64,000 bases of DNA, from assembly GCF_009914755.1 (NCBI RefSeq), contig NC_060942.1, one strand, 5' to 3'. This document shows positions 1 through 12,800 of this stretch, piece by piece (within the stretch, counting starts at the first letter, position 1; the number at the start of each line of letters is the position of its first letter). Source of the stretch: the human T2T-CHM13v2.0 reference genome, Homo sapiens. A program made the translations under genes and the position numbers. The notes beneath the pieces were generated by a model, which saw nothing but the letters and a program-made list of their open reading frames with translations, had not been told where the DNA came from and did not search any database.

Positions 1-151
1 TCTTCCCATAACAACTAGACAGAAGCATTCTCAGAAACTAGTTTCTGATGTGTGTCCTCAACTAACACAGTTGTACATTTCTTTAGACAGAACAGTTTTG
101 AAACACTCTTTTTGTGGAATCTGCAAGTGGATATTGGGCTAGATTTGAGGA

Positions 152-168
152 TTTCGTTGGAAACGGGA
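152..168 (+). other. CENP-B box (TTTCGTTGGAAACGGGA), representative of ~188 box positions at ~340-bp spacing
   Basis: Matches the CENP-B core NTTCGNNNNANNCGGGN. Boxes in unit 1 lie at 152, 490, 827 and 1169; there are 4 per 8-mer and 6 per 12-mer. Confidence 0.97.
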
Positions 169-318
169 TTACATATAAATAGCAGTCAGCAGCATTCTCA
201 GAAAGTTCTTTGTGATGATTGCATTCAAGTCACAGAATTGAACATTCCCTTTCATAGAGCAGGTTTGAAACACTCTTTTTGTAGTGTGTGTAAGTGGACA
301 TTTGGAGCGCTTTCCGGC

Positions 319-334
319 CTAAGGTGAAAAAGGA
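319..334 (+). other. pJalpha-type box of the A-type (non-CENP-B) monomer, representative
   Basis: CTAAGGTGAAAAAGGA sits at the position homologous to the CENP-B box in even monomers; related variants occur in the other even monomers. Confidence 0.7.
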
Positions 335-489
335 CATATCTTCCCATAAAAACTAGACAGAAGCATTCTCAGAAACTTACTCGTGATGTGTGTCCTCAAC
401 TAAAGGAGTAGAACCTTTCTATTGATAGAGAAGTTTTGAAACGCTCTTTTTGTGGAATCTCCAAGTGGATATTTGGCTAGTTTTGAGGA

Positions 490-506
490 TTTCGTTGGAA
501 GCGGGA
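490..506 (+). other. CENP-B box (TTTCGTTGGAAGCGGGA) overlapping the once-per-8-mer EcoRI site (505-510)
   Basis: Direct motif match. Confidence 0.95.
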
Positions 507-826
507 ATTCATACAAATTGCAGACTGCAGCGTTCTGAGAAACATCTTTGTGATGTTTGTATTCAAGACACAGAGATGAACATTCCCTATCATAGAGCAT
601 GTTGGAATCACTCCTTTTGTAGTATCTGGAAGTGGACATTTGGAGCGCTTTCAGGCCTATGTTGAAAAAGGAAATATCTTCCCATAACAACTAGACACAA
701 GCATTCTCAGAAACTTGTTTGTGATGTGTGCCCTCTACTGACAGAGTTGAACCTTTCTTTTCATAGAGCAGTTTTGAAACACTCTTTTATAGAATCCGCA
801 AGAGGATATTTGCATAGCTTTGAGGA

Positions 827-843
827 TTTCGTGGGAAACGGGA
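827..843 (+). other. CENP-B box variant (TTTCGTGGGAAACGGGA), core positions intact
   Basis: The T>G change lies at a non-core position and recurs in essentially every monomer 5. Confidence 0.9.
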
Positions 844-3800
844 TTGTCTTCAGGTAAAATGTAGACAGAAGCATTCTCAGAAACTTCTTTGGGATGTTTG
901 CATTCAAGTCACAGAGTAGAACATTCCCTTTGGTAGAGCAGGTTTGAAACACTCTTTTTGTAGTATCTGGAAGTGGACATTTGGAGCGCTTTCAGGCCCA
1001 TGTTGGAAAGGGAAATATCTTCCCGTAACAACTAGGCAGAAGCATTCTCAGAAACTTTTTTGAGATGTGTGTACTCAACTAAGAGAATTGAACCACCGTT
1101 TTGAAGGAGCAGTTTTGAAACCCTCTTTTTCTGGAATCTGCAAGAGTATATTTGCCTAGCCTTGAGGATTTCGTTGGAAACGGGATTGTCTTCAGATAAA
1201 ATCTAGACAGAAGCATTCTCAGAAACTTCTTTGGGATGTTTGTATTCAAGTCACAGAGTAGAATATTCCCTTTGGTAGAGCAGGTTTGAAACACTCTTTT
1301 TTTAGTATATGGAAGTGGACATTTGGAGCGCTTTCAGGCCTACGTTGGAAAAGGAAATATCTTCCCATAACAACTAGACAGAAGCATTCTCAGAAACTAG
1401 TTTCTGATGTGTGTCCTCAACTAACACAGTTGTACATTTCTTTAGACAGAACAGTTTTGAAACACTCTTTTTGTGGAATCTGCAAGTGGATATTTGGCTA
1501 GATTTGAGGATTTCGTTGGAAACGGGATTACATATAAAAAGCAGACAGCAGCATTCTCAGAAAGTTCTTTGTGATGATTGCATTCAAGTCACAGAATTGA
1601 ACATTCCCTTTCACAGAGCAGGTTTGAAACACTCTTTTTGTAGTGTGTGTAAGTGGACATTTGGAGCGCTTTCCGGCCTAAGGTGAAAAAGGAAATATCT
1701 TCCCATAAAAACTAGACAGAAGCATTCTCAGAAACTTACTCGTGATGTGTGTCCTCAACTAAAGGAGTAGAACCTTTCTATTCATAGAGAAGTTTTGAAA
1801 CGCTCTTTTTGTGGAATCTCCAAGTGGATATTTGGCTAGTTTTGAGGATTTCGTTGGAAGCGGGAATTCATACAAATTGCAGACTGCAGCGTTCTGAGAA
1901 ACATCTTTGTGATGTTTCTATTCAGGACACAGAGATGAACATTCCCTATCATAGAGCAGGTTGGAATCACTCCTTTTGTAGTATCTGGAAGTGGACATTT
2001 GGAGCGCTTTCAGGCCTATGTTGAAAAAGGAAATATCTTCCCATAACAACTAGACACAAGCATTCTCAGAAACTTGTTTGTGATGTGTGCCCTCTACTGA
2101 CAGAGTTGAACCTTTCTTTTCATAGAGCAGTTTTGAAACACTCTTTTTGTAGAATCTGCAAGAGGATATTTGCATAGCTTTGAGGATTTCGTGGGAAACG
2201 GGATTGTCTTCAGGTAAAATGTAGACAGAAGCATTCTCAGAAACTTCTTTGGGATGTTTGCATTCAAGTCACAGAGTAGAACATTCCCTTTGGTAGAGCA
2301 GGTTTGAAACACTCTTTTTGTAGTATCTGGAAGTGGACATTTGGAGCGCTTTCAGGCCCATGTTGGAAAGGGAAATATCTTCCCGTAACAACTAGGCAGA
2401 AGCATTCTCAGAAACTTTTTTGAGATGTGTGTACTCAACTAAGAGAATTGAACCACCGTTTTGAAGGAGCAGTTTTGAAACCCTCTTTTTCTGGAATCTG
2501 CAAGAGTATATTTGCCTAGCCTTGAGGATTTCGTTGGAAACGGGATTGTCTTCAGATAAAATCTAGACAGAAGCATTCTCAGAAACTTCTTTGGGATGTT
2601 TGCATTCAAGTCACAGAGTAGAATATTCCCTTTGGTAGAGCAGGTTTGAAACACTCTTTTTTTAGTATATGGAAGTGGACATTTGGAGCGCTTTCAGGCC
2701 TACGTTGGAAAAGGAAATATCTTCCCATAACAACTAGACAGAAGCATTCTCAGAAACTAGTTTCTGATGTGTGTCCTCAACTAACACAGTTGTACATTTC
2801 TTTAGACAGAACAGTTTTGAAACACTCTTTTTGTGGAATCTGCAAGTGGATATTGGGCTAGATTTGAGGATTTCGTTGGAAACGGGATTACATATAAAAA
2901 GCAGACAGCAGCATTCTCAGAAAGTTCTTTGTGATGATTGCATTCAAGTCACAGAATTGAACATTCCCTTTCACAGAGCAGGTTTGAAACACTCTTTTTG
3001 TAGTGTGTGTAAGTGGACATTTGGAGCGCTTTCCGGCCTAAGGTGAAAAAGGAAATATCTTCCCATAAAAACTAGACAGAAGCATTCTCAGAAACTTACT
3101 CGTGATGTGTGTCCTCAACTAAAGGAGTAGAACCTTTCTATTCATAGAGAAGTTTTGAAACGCTCTTTTTGTGGAATCTCCAAGTGGATATTTGGCTAGT
3201 TTTGAGGATTTCGTTGGAAGCGGGAATTCATACAAATTGCAGACTGCAGCGTTCTGAGAAACATCTTTGTGATGTTTCTATTCAGGACACAGAGATGAAC
3301 ATTCCCTATCATAGAGCAGGTTGGAATCACTCCTTTTGTAGTATCTGGAAGTGGACATTTGGAGCGCTTTCAGGCCTATGTTGAAAAAGGAAATATCTTC
3401 CCATAACAACTAGACACAAGCATTCTCAGAAACTTGTTTGTGATGTGTGCCCTCTACTGACAGAGTTGAACCTTTCTTTTCATAGAGCAGTTTTGAAACA
3501 CTCTTTTTGTAGAATCCGCAAGAGGATATTTGCATAGCTTTGAGGATTTCGTGGGAAACGGGATTGTCTTCAGGTAAAATCTAGACAGAAGCATTCTCAG
3601 AAACTTCTTTGGGATGTTTGCATTCAAGTCACAGAGTAGAACATTCCCTTTGGTAGAGCAGGTTTGAAACACTCTTTTTGTAGTATCTGGAAGTGGACAT
3701 TTGGAGCGCTTTCAGGACCATGTTGGAAAGGGAAATATCTTCCCGTAACAACTAGGCAGAAGCATTCTCAGAAACTTTTTTGAGATGTGTGTACTCAACT

Positions 3801-6800
3801 AAGAGAATTGAACCACCGTTTTGAAGGAGCAGTTTTGAAACCCTCTTTTTCTGGAATCTGCAAGAGTATATTTGCCTAGCCTTGAGGATTTCGTTGGAAA
3901 CGGGATTGTCTTCAGATAAAATCTAGACAGAAGCATTCTCAGAAACTTCTTTGGGATGTTTGCATTCAAGTCACAGAGTAGAATATTCCCTTTGGTAGAG
4001 CAGGTTTGAAACACTCTTTTTTTAGTATATGGAAGTGGACATTTGGAGCGCTTTCAGGCCTACGTTGGAAAAGGAAATATCTTCCCATAACAACTAGACA
4101 GAAGCATTCTCAGAAACTAGTTTCTGATGTGTGTCCTCAACTAACACAGTTGTACATTTCTTTAGACAGAACAGTTTTGAAACACTCTTTTTGTGGAATC
4201 TGCAAGTGGATATTGGGCTAGATTTGAGGATTTCGTTGGAAACGGGATTACATATAAAAAGCAGACAGCAGCATTCTCAGAAAGTTCTTTGTGATGATTG
4301 CATTCAAGTCACAGAATTGAACATTCCCTTTCACAGAGCAGGTTTGAAACACTCTTTTTGTAGTGTGTGTAAGTGGACATTTGGAGCGCTTTCCGGCCTA
4401 AGGTGAAAAAGGAAATATCTTCCCATAAAAACTAGACAGAAGCATTCTCAGAAACTTACTCGTGATGTGTGTCCTCAACTAAAGGAGTAGAACCTTTCTA
4501 TTCATAGAGAAGTTTTGAAACGCTCTTTTTGTGGAATCTCCAAGTGGATATTTGGCTAGTTTTGAGGATTTCGTTGGAAGCGGGAATTCATAAAAATTGC
4601 AGACTGCAGCGTTCTGAGAAACATCTTTGTGATGTTTCTATTCAGGACACAGAGATGAACATTCCCTATCATAGAGCAGGTTGGAATCACTCCCTTTGTA
4701 GTATCTGGAAGTGGACATTTGGAGCGCTTTCAGGCCTATGTTGAAAAAGGAAATATCTTCCCATAACAACTAGACACAAGCATTCTCAGAAACTTGTTTG
4801 TGATGTGTGCCCTCTACTGACAGAGTTGAACCTTTCTTTTCATAGAGCAGTTTTGAAACACTCTTTTTGTAGAATCCGCAAGAGGATATTTGCATAGCTT
4901 TGAGGATTTCGTGGGAAACGGGATTGTCTTCAGGTAAAATCTAGACAGAAGCATTCTCAGAAACTTCTTTGGGATGTTTGCATTCAAGTCACAGAGTAGA
5001 ACATTCCCTTTGGTAGAGCAGGTTTGAAACACTCTTTTTGTAGTATCTGGAAGTGGACATTTGGAGCGCTTTCAGGACCATGTTGGAAAGGGAAATATCT
5101 TCCCGTAACAACTAGGCAGAAGCATTCTCAGAAACTTATTTGAGATGTGTGTACTCAACTAAGAGAATTGAACCACCGTTTTGAAGGAGCAGTTTTGAAA
5201 CCCTCTTTTTCTGGAATCTGCAAGAGTATATTTGCCTAACCTTGAGGATTTCGTTGGAAACGGGATTGTCTTCAGATAAAATCTAGACAGAAGCATTCTC
5301 AGAAACTTCTTTGGGATGTTTGCATTCAAGTCACAGAGTAGAACATTCCCTTTGGTAGAGCAGGTTTGAAACAGTCTTTTTTTAGTATATGGAAGTGGAC
5401 ATTTGGAGCGCTTTCAGGCCTACGTTGGAAAAGGAAATATCTTCCCATAACAACTAGACAGAAGCATTCTCAGAAACTAGTTTCTGATGTGTGTCCTCAA
5501 CTAACACAGTTGTACATTTCTTTAGACAGAACAGTTTTGAAACACTCTTTTTGTGGAATCTGCAAGTGGATATTGGGCTAGATTTGAGGATTTCGTTGGA
5601 AACGGGATTACATATAAATAGCAGTCAGCAGCATTCTCAGAAAGTTCTTTGTGATGATTGCATTCAAGTCACAGAATTGAACATTCCCTTTCATAGAGCA
5701 GGTTTGAAACACTCTTTTTGTAGTGTGTGTAAGTGGACATTTGGAGCGCTTTCTGGCCTAAGGTGAAAAAGGACATATCTTCCCATAAAAACTAGACAGA
5801 AGCATTCTCAGAAACTTACTCATGATGTGTGTCCTCAACTAAAGGAGTAGAACCTTTCTATTGATAGAGAAGTTTTGAAACGCTCTTTTTGTGGAATCTC
5901 CAAGTGGATATTTGGCTAGTTTTGAGGATTTCGTTGGAAGCGGGAATTCATACAAATTGCAGACTGCAGCGTTCTGAGAAACATCTTTGTGATGTTTGTA
6001 TTCAAGACACAGAGATGAACATTCCCTATCATAGAGCATGTTGGAATCACTCCTTTTGTAGTATCTGGAAGTGGACATTTGGAGCGCTTTCAGGCCTATG
6101 TTGAAAAAGGAAATATCTTCCCATAACAACTAGACACAAGCATTCTCAGAAACTTGTTTGTGATGTGTGCCCTCTACTGACAGAGTTGAACCTTTCTTTT
6201 CATAGAGCAGTTTTGAAACACTCTTTTATAGAATCCGCAAGAGGATATTTGCATAGCTTTGAGGATTTCGTGGGAAACGGGATTTTCTTCAGGTAAAATG
6301 TAGACAGAAGCATTCTCAGAAACTTCTTTGGGATGTTTGCATTCAAGTCACAGAGTAGAACATTCCCTTTGGTGGAGCAGGTTTGAAACACTCTTTTTGT
6401 AGTATCTGGAAGTGGACATTTGGAGCGCTTTCAGGCCCATGTTGGAAAGGGAAATATCTTCCCGTAACAACTAGGCAGAAGCATTCTCAGAAACTTTTTT
6501 GAGATGTGTGTACTCAACTAAGAGAATTGAACCACCGTTTTGAAGGAGCAGTTTTGAAACCCTCTTTTTCTGGAATCTGCAAGAGTATATTTGCCTAGCC
6601 TTGAGGATTTCGTTGGAAACGGGATTGTCTTCAGATAAAATCTAGACAGAAGCATTCTCAGAAACTTCTTTGGGATGTTTGCATTCAAGTCACAGAGTAG
6701 AATATTCCCTTTGGTAGAGCAGGTTTGAAACACTCTTTTTTTAGTATATGGAAGTGGACATTTGGAGCGCTTTCAGGCCTACGTTGGAAAAGGAAATATC

Positions 6801-9800
6801 TTCCCATAACAACTAGACAGAAGCATTCTCAGAAACTAGTTTCTGATGTGTGTCCTCAACTAACACAGTTGTACATTTCTTTAGACAGAACAGTTTTGAA
6901 ACACTCTTTTTGTGGAATCTGCAAGTGGATATTTGGCTAGATTTGAGGATTTCGTTGGAAACGGGATTACATATAAAAAGCAGACAGCAGCATTCTCAGA
7001 AAGTTCTTTGTGATGATTGCATTCAAGTCACAGAATTGAACATTCCCTTTCACAGAGCAGGTTTGAAACACTCTTTTTGTAGTGTGTGTAAGTGGACATT
7101 TGGAGCGCTTTCCGGCCTAAGGTGAAAAAGGAAATATCTTCCCATAAAAACTAGACAGAAGCATTCTCAGAAACTTACTCGTGATGTGTGTCCTCAACTA
7201 AAGGAGTAGAACCTTTCTATTCATAGAGAAGTTTTGAAACGCTCTTTTTGTGGAATCTCCAAGTGGATATTTGGCTAGTTTTGAGGATTTCGTTGGAAGC
7301 GGGAATTCATACAAATTGCAGACTGCAGCGTTCTGAGAAACATCTTTGTGATGTTTCTATTCAGGACACAGAGATGAACATTCCCTATCATAGAGCAGGT
7401 TGGAATCACTCCTTTTGTAGTATCTGGAAGTGGACATTTGGAGCGCTTTCAGGCCTATGTTGAAAAAGGAAATATCTTCCCATAACAACTAGACACAAGC
7501 ATTCTCAGAAACTTGTTTGTGTTGTGTGCCCTCTACTGACAGAGTTGAACCTTTCTTTTCATAGAGCAGTTTTGAAACACTCTTTTTGTAGAATCCGCAA
7601 GAGGATATTTGCATAGCTTTGAGGATTTCGTGGGAAACGGGATTGTCTTCAGGTAAAATCTAGACAGAAGCATTCTCAGAAACTTCTTTGGGATGTTTGC
7701 ATTCAAGTCACAGAGTAGAACATTCCCTTTGGTAGAGCAGGTTTGAAACACTCTTTTTGTAGTATCTGGAAGTGGACATTTGGAGCGCTTTCAGGACCAT
7801 GTTGGAAAGGGAAATATCTTCCCGTAACAACTAGGCAGAAGCATTCTCAGAAACTTATTTGAGATGTGTGTACTCAACTAAGAGAATTGAACCACCGTTT
7901 TGAAGGAGCAGTTTTGAAACCCTCTTTTTCTGGAATCTGCAGGAGTATATTTGCCTAGCCTTGAGGATTTCGTTGGAAACGGGATTGTCTTCAGATAAAA
8001 TCTAGACAGAAGCATTCTCAGAAACTTCTTTGGGATGTTTGCATTCAAGTCACAGAGTAGAACATTCCCTTTGGTAGAGCAGGTTTGAAACACTCTTTTT
8101 TTAGTATATGGAAGTGGACATTTGGAGCGCTTTCAGGCCTACGTTGGAAAAGGAAATATCTTCCCATAACAACTAGACAGAAGCATTCTCAGAAACTAGT
8201 TTCTGATGTGTGTCCTCAACTAACACAGTTGTACATTTCTTTAGACAGAACAGTTTTGAAACACTCTTTTTGTGGAATCTGCAAGTGGATATTGGGCTAG
8301 ATTTGAGGATTTCGTTGGAAACGGGATTACATATAAATAGCAGTCAGCAGCATTCTCAGAAAGTTCTTTGTGATGATTGCATTCAAGTCACAGAATTGAA
8401 CATTCCCTTTCATAGAGCAGGTTTGAAACACTCTTTTTGTAGTGTGTGTAAGTGGACATTTGGAGCGCTTTCCGGCCTAAGGTGAAAAAGGACATATCTT
8501 CCCATAAAAACTAGACAGAAGCATTCTCAGAAACTTACTCGTGATGTGTGTCCTCAACTAAAGGAGTAGAACCTTTCTATTGATAGAGAAGTTTTGAAAC
8601 GCTCTTTTTGTGGAATCTCCAAGTGGATATTTGGCTAGTTTTGAGGATTTCGTTGGAAGCGGGAATTCATACAAATTGCAGACTGCAGCGTTCTGAGAAA
8701 CATCTTTGTGATGTTTGTATTCAAGACACAGAGATGAACATTCCCTATCATAGAGCATGTTGGAATCACTCCTTTTGTCGTATCTGGAAGTGGACATTTG
8801 GAGCGCTTTCAGGCCTATGTTGAAAAAGGAAATATCTTCCCATAACAACTAGACACAAGCATTCTCAGAAACTTGTTTGTGATGTGTGCCCTCTACTGAC
8901 AGAGTTGAACCTTTCTTTTCATAGAGCAGTTTTGAAACACTCTTTTATAGAATCCGCAAGAGGATATTTGCATAGCTTTGAGGATTTCGTGGGAAACGGG
9001 ATTGTCTTCAGGTAAAATGTAGACAGAAGCATTCTCAGAAACTTCTTTGGGATGTTTGCATTCAAGTCACAGAGTAGAACATTCCCTTTGGTAGAGCAGG
9101 TTTGAAACACTCTTTTTGTAGTATCTGGAAGTGGACATTTGGAGCGCTTTCAGGCCCATGTTGGAAAGGGAAATATCTTCCCGTAACAACTAGGCAGAAG
9201 CATTCTCAGAAACTTTTTTGAGATGTGTGTACTCAACTAAGAGAATTGAACCACCGTTTTGAAGGAGCAGTTTTGAAACCCTCTTTTTCTGGAATCTGCA
9301 AGAGTATATTTGCCTAGCCTTGAGGATTTCGTTGGAAACGGGATTGTCTTCAGATAAAATCTAGACAGAAGCATTCTCAGAAACTTCTTTGGGATGTTTG
9401 TATTCAAGTCACAGAGTAGAATATTCCCTTTGTTAGAGCAGGTTTGAAACACTCTTTTTTTAGTATATGGAAGTGGACATTTGGAGCGCTTTCAGGCCTA
9501 CGTTGGAAAAGGAAATATCTTCCCATAACAACTAGACAGAAGCATTCTCAGAAACTAGTTTCTGATGTGTGTCCTCAACTAACACAGTTGTACATTTCTT
9601 TAGACAGAACAGTTTTGAAACACTCTTTTTGTGGAATCTGCAAGTGGATATTTGGCTAGATTTGAGGATTTCGTTGGAAACGGGATTACATATAAAAAGC
9701 AGACAGCAGCATTCTCAGAAAGTTCTTTGTGATGATTGCATTCAAGTCACAGAATTGAACATTCCCTTTCACAGAGCAGGTTTGAAACACTCTTTTTGTA

Positions 9801-12800
9801 GTGTGTGTAAGTGGACATTTGGAGCGCTTTCCGGCCTAAGGTGAAAAAGGAAATATCTTCCCATAAAAACTAGACAGAAGCATTCTCAGAAACTTACTCG
9901 TGATGTGTGTCCTCAACTAAAGGAGTAGAACCTTTCTATTCATAGAGAAGTTTTGAAACGCTCTTTTTGTGGAATCTCCAAGTGGATATTTGGCTAGTTT
10001 TGAGGATTTCGTTGGAAGCGGGAATTCATACAAATTGCAGACTGCAGCGTTCTGAGAAACATCTTTGTGATGTTTCTATTCAGGACACAGAGATGAACAT
10101 TCCCTATCATAGAGCAGGTTGGAATCACTCCTTTTGTAGTATCTGGAAGTGGACATTTGGAGCGCTTTCAGGCCTATGTTGAAAAAGGAAATATCTTCCC
10201 ATAACAACTAGACACAAGCATTCTCAGAAACTTGTTTGTGATGTGTGCCCTCTACTGACAGAGTTGAACCTTTCTTTTCATAGAGCAGTTTTGAAACACT
10301 CTTTTTGTAGAATCCGCAAGAGGATATTTGCATAGCTTTGAGGATTTCGTGGGAAACGGGATTGTCTTCAGGTAAAATGTAGACAGAAGCATTCTCAGAA
10401 ACTTCTTTGGGATGTTTGTATTCAAGTCACAGAGTAGAACATTCCCTTTGGTAGAGCAGGTTTGAAACACTCTTTTTGTAGTATCTGGAAGTGGACATTT
10501 GGAGCGCTTTCAGGCCCATGTTGGAAAGGGAAATATCTTCCCGTAACAACTAGGCAGAAGCATTCTCAGAAACTTTTTTGAGATGTGTGTACTCAACTAA
10601 GAGAATTGAACCACCGTTTTGAAGGAGCAGTTTTGAAACCCTCTTTTTCTGGAATCTGCAAGAGTATATTTGCCTAGCCTTGAGGATTTCGTTGGAAACG
10701 GGATTGTCTTCAGATAAAATCTAGACAGAAGCATTCTCAGAAACTTCTTTGGGATGTTTGCATTCAAGTCACAGAGTAGAATATTCCCTTTGGTAGAGCA
10801 GGTTTGAAACACTCTTTTTTTAGTATATGGAAGTGGACATTTGGAGCGCTTTCAGGCCTACGTTGGAAAAGGAAATATCTTCCCATAACAACTAGACAGA
10901 AGCATTCTCAGAAACTAGTTTCTGATGTGTGTCCTCAACTAACACAGTTGTACATTTCTTTAGACAGAACAGTTTTGAAACACTCTTTTTGTGGAATCTG
11001 CAAGTGGATATTGGGCTAGATTTGAGGATTTCGTTGGAAACGGGATTACATATAAAAAGCAGACAGCAGCATTCTCAGAAAGTTCTTTGTGATGATTGCA
11101 TTCAAGTCACAGAATTGAACATTCCCTTTCACAGAGCAGGTTTGAAACACTCTTTTTGTAGTGTGTGTAAGTGGACATTTGGAGCGCTTTCCGGCCTAAG
11201 GTGAAAAAGGAAATATCTTCCCATAAAAACTAGACAGAAGCATTCTCAGAAACTTACTCGTGATGTGTGTCCTCAACTAAAGGAGTAGAACCTTTCTATT
11301 CATAGAGAAGTTTTGAAACGCTCTTTTTGTGGAATCTCCAAGTGGATATTTGGCTAGTTTTGAGGATTTCGTTGGAAGCGGGAATTCATACAAATTGCAG
11401 ACTGCAGCGTTCTGAGAAACATCTTTGTGATGTTTCTATTCAGGACACAGAGATGAACATTCCCTATCATAGAGCAGGTTGGAATCACTCCTTTTGTAGT
11501 ATCTGGAAGTGGACATTTGGAGCGCTTTCAGGCCTATGTTGAAAAAGGAAATATCTTCCCATAACAACTAGACACAAGCATTCTCAGAAACTTGTTTGTG
11601 ATGTGTGCCCTCTACTGACAGAGTTGAACCTTTCTTTTCATAGAGCAGTTTTGAAACACTCTTTTTGTAGAATCCGCAAGAGGATATTTGCATAGCTTTG
11701 AGGATTTCGTGGGAAACGGGATTGTCTTCAGGTAAAATGTAGACAGAAGCATTCTCAGAAACTTCTTTGGGATGTTTGCATTCAAGTCACAGAGTAGAAC
11801 ATTCCCTTTGGTAGAGCAGGTTTGAAACACTCTTTTTGTAGTATCTGGAAGTGGACATTTGGAGCGCTTTCAGGACCATGTTGGAAAGGGAAATATCTTC
11901 CCGTAACAACTAGGCAGAAGCATTCTCAGAAACTTTTTTGAGATGTGTGTACTCAACTAAGAGAATTGAACCACCGTTTTGAAGGAGCAGTTTTGAAACC
12001 CTCTTTTTCTGGAATCTGCAAGAGTATATTTGCCTAGCCTTGAGGATTTCGTTGGAAACGGGATTGTCTTCAGATAAAATCTAGACAGAAGCATTCTCAG
12101 AAACTTCTTTGGGATGTTTGCATTCAAGTCACAGAGTAGAATATTCCCTTTGGTAGAGCAGGTTTGAAACACTCTTTTTTTAGTATATGGAAGTGGACAT
12201 TTGGAGCGCTTTCAGGCCTACGTTGGAAAAGGAAATATCTTCCCATAACAACTAGACAGAAGCATTCTCAGAAACTAGTTTCTGATGTGTGTCCTCAACT
12301 AACACAGTTGTACATTTCTTTAGACAGAACAGTTTTGAAACACTCTTTTTGTGGAATCTGCAAGTGGATATTGGGCTAGATTTGAGGATTTCGTTGGAAA
12401 CGGGATTACATATAAAAAGCAGACAGCAGCATTCTCAGAAAGTTCTTTGTGATGATTGCATTCAAGTCACAGAATTGAACATTCCCTTTCACAGAGCAGG
12501 TTTGAAACACTCTTTTTGTAGTGTGTGTAAGTGGACATTTGGAGCGCTTTCCGGCCTAAGGTGAAAAAGGAAATATCTTCCCATAAAAACTAGACAGAAG
12601 CATTCTCAGAAACTTACTCGTGATGTGTGTCCTCAACTAAAGGAGTAGAACCTTTCTATTCATAGAGAAGTTTTGAAACGCTCTTTTTGTGGAATCTCCA
12701 AGTGGATATTTGGCTAGTTTTGAGGATTTCGTTGGAAGCGGGAATTCATAAAAATTGCAGACTGCAGCGTTCTGAGAAACATCTTTGTGATGTTTCTATT

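Noticed and set aside
364-545. Short dyads (TTCTCAGAA, TTCTGAGAA, AGCGCT, TCTAGA) as hairpins, terminators or STAT-like sites
   Set aside because: They are generic features of every alphoid monomer, too short to imply a specific function from sequence alone.
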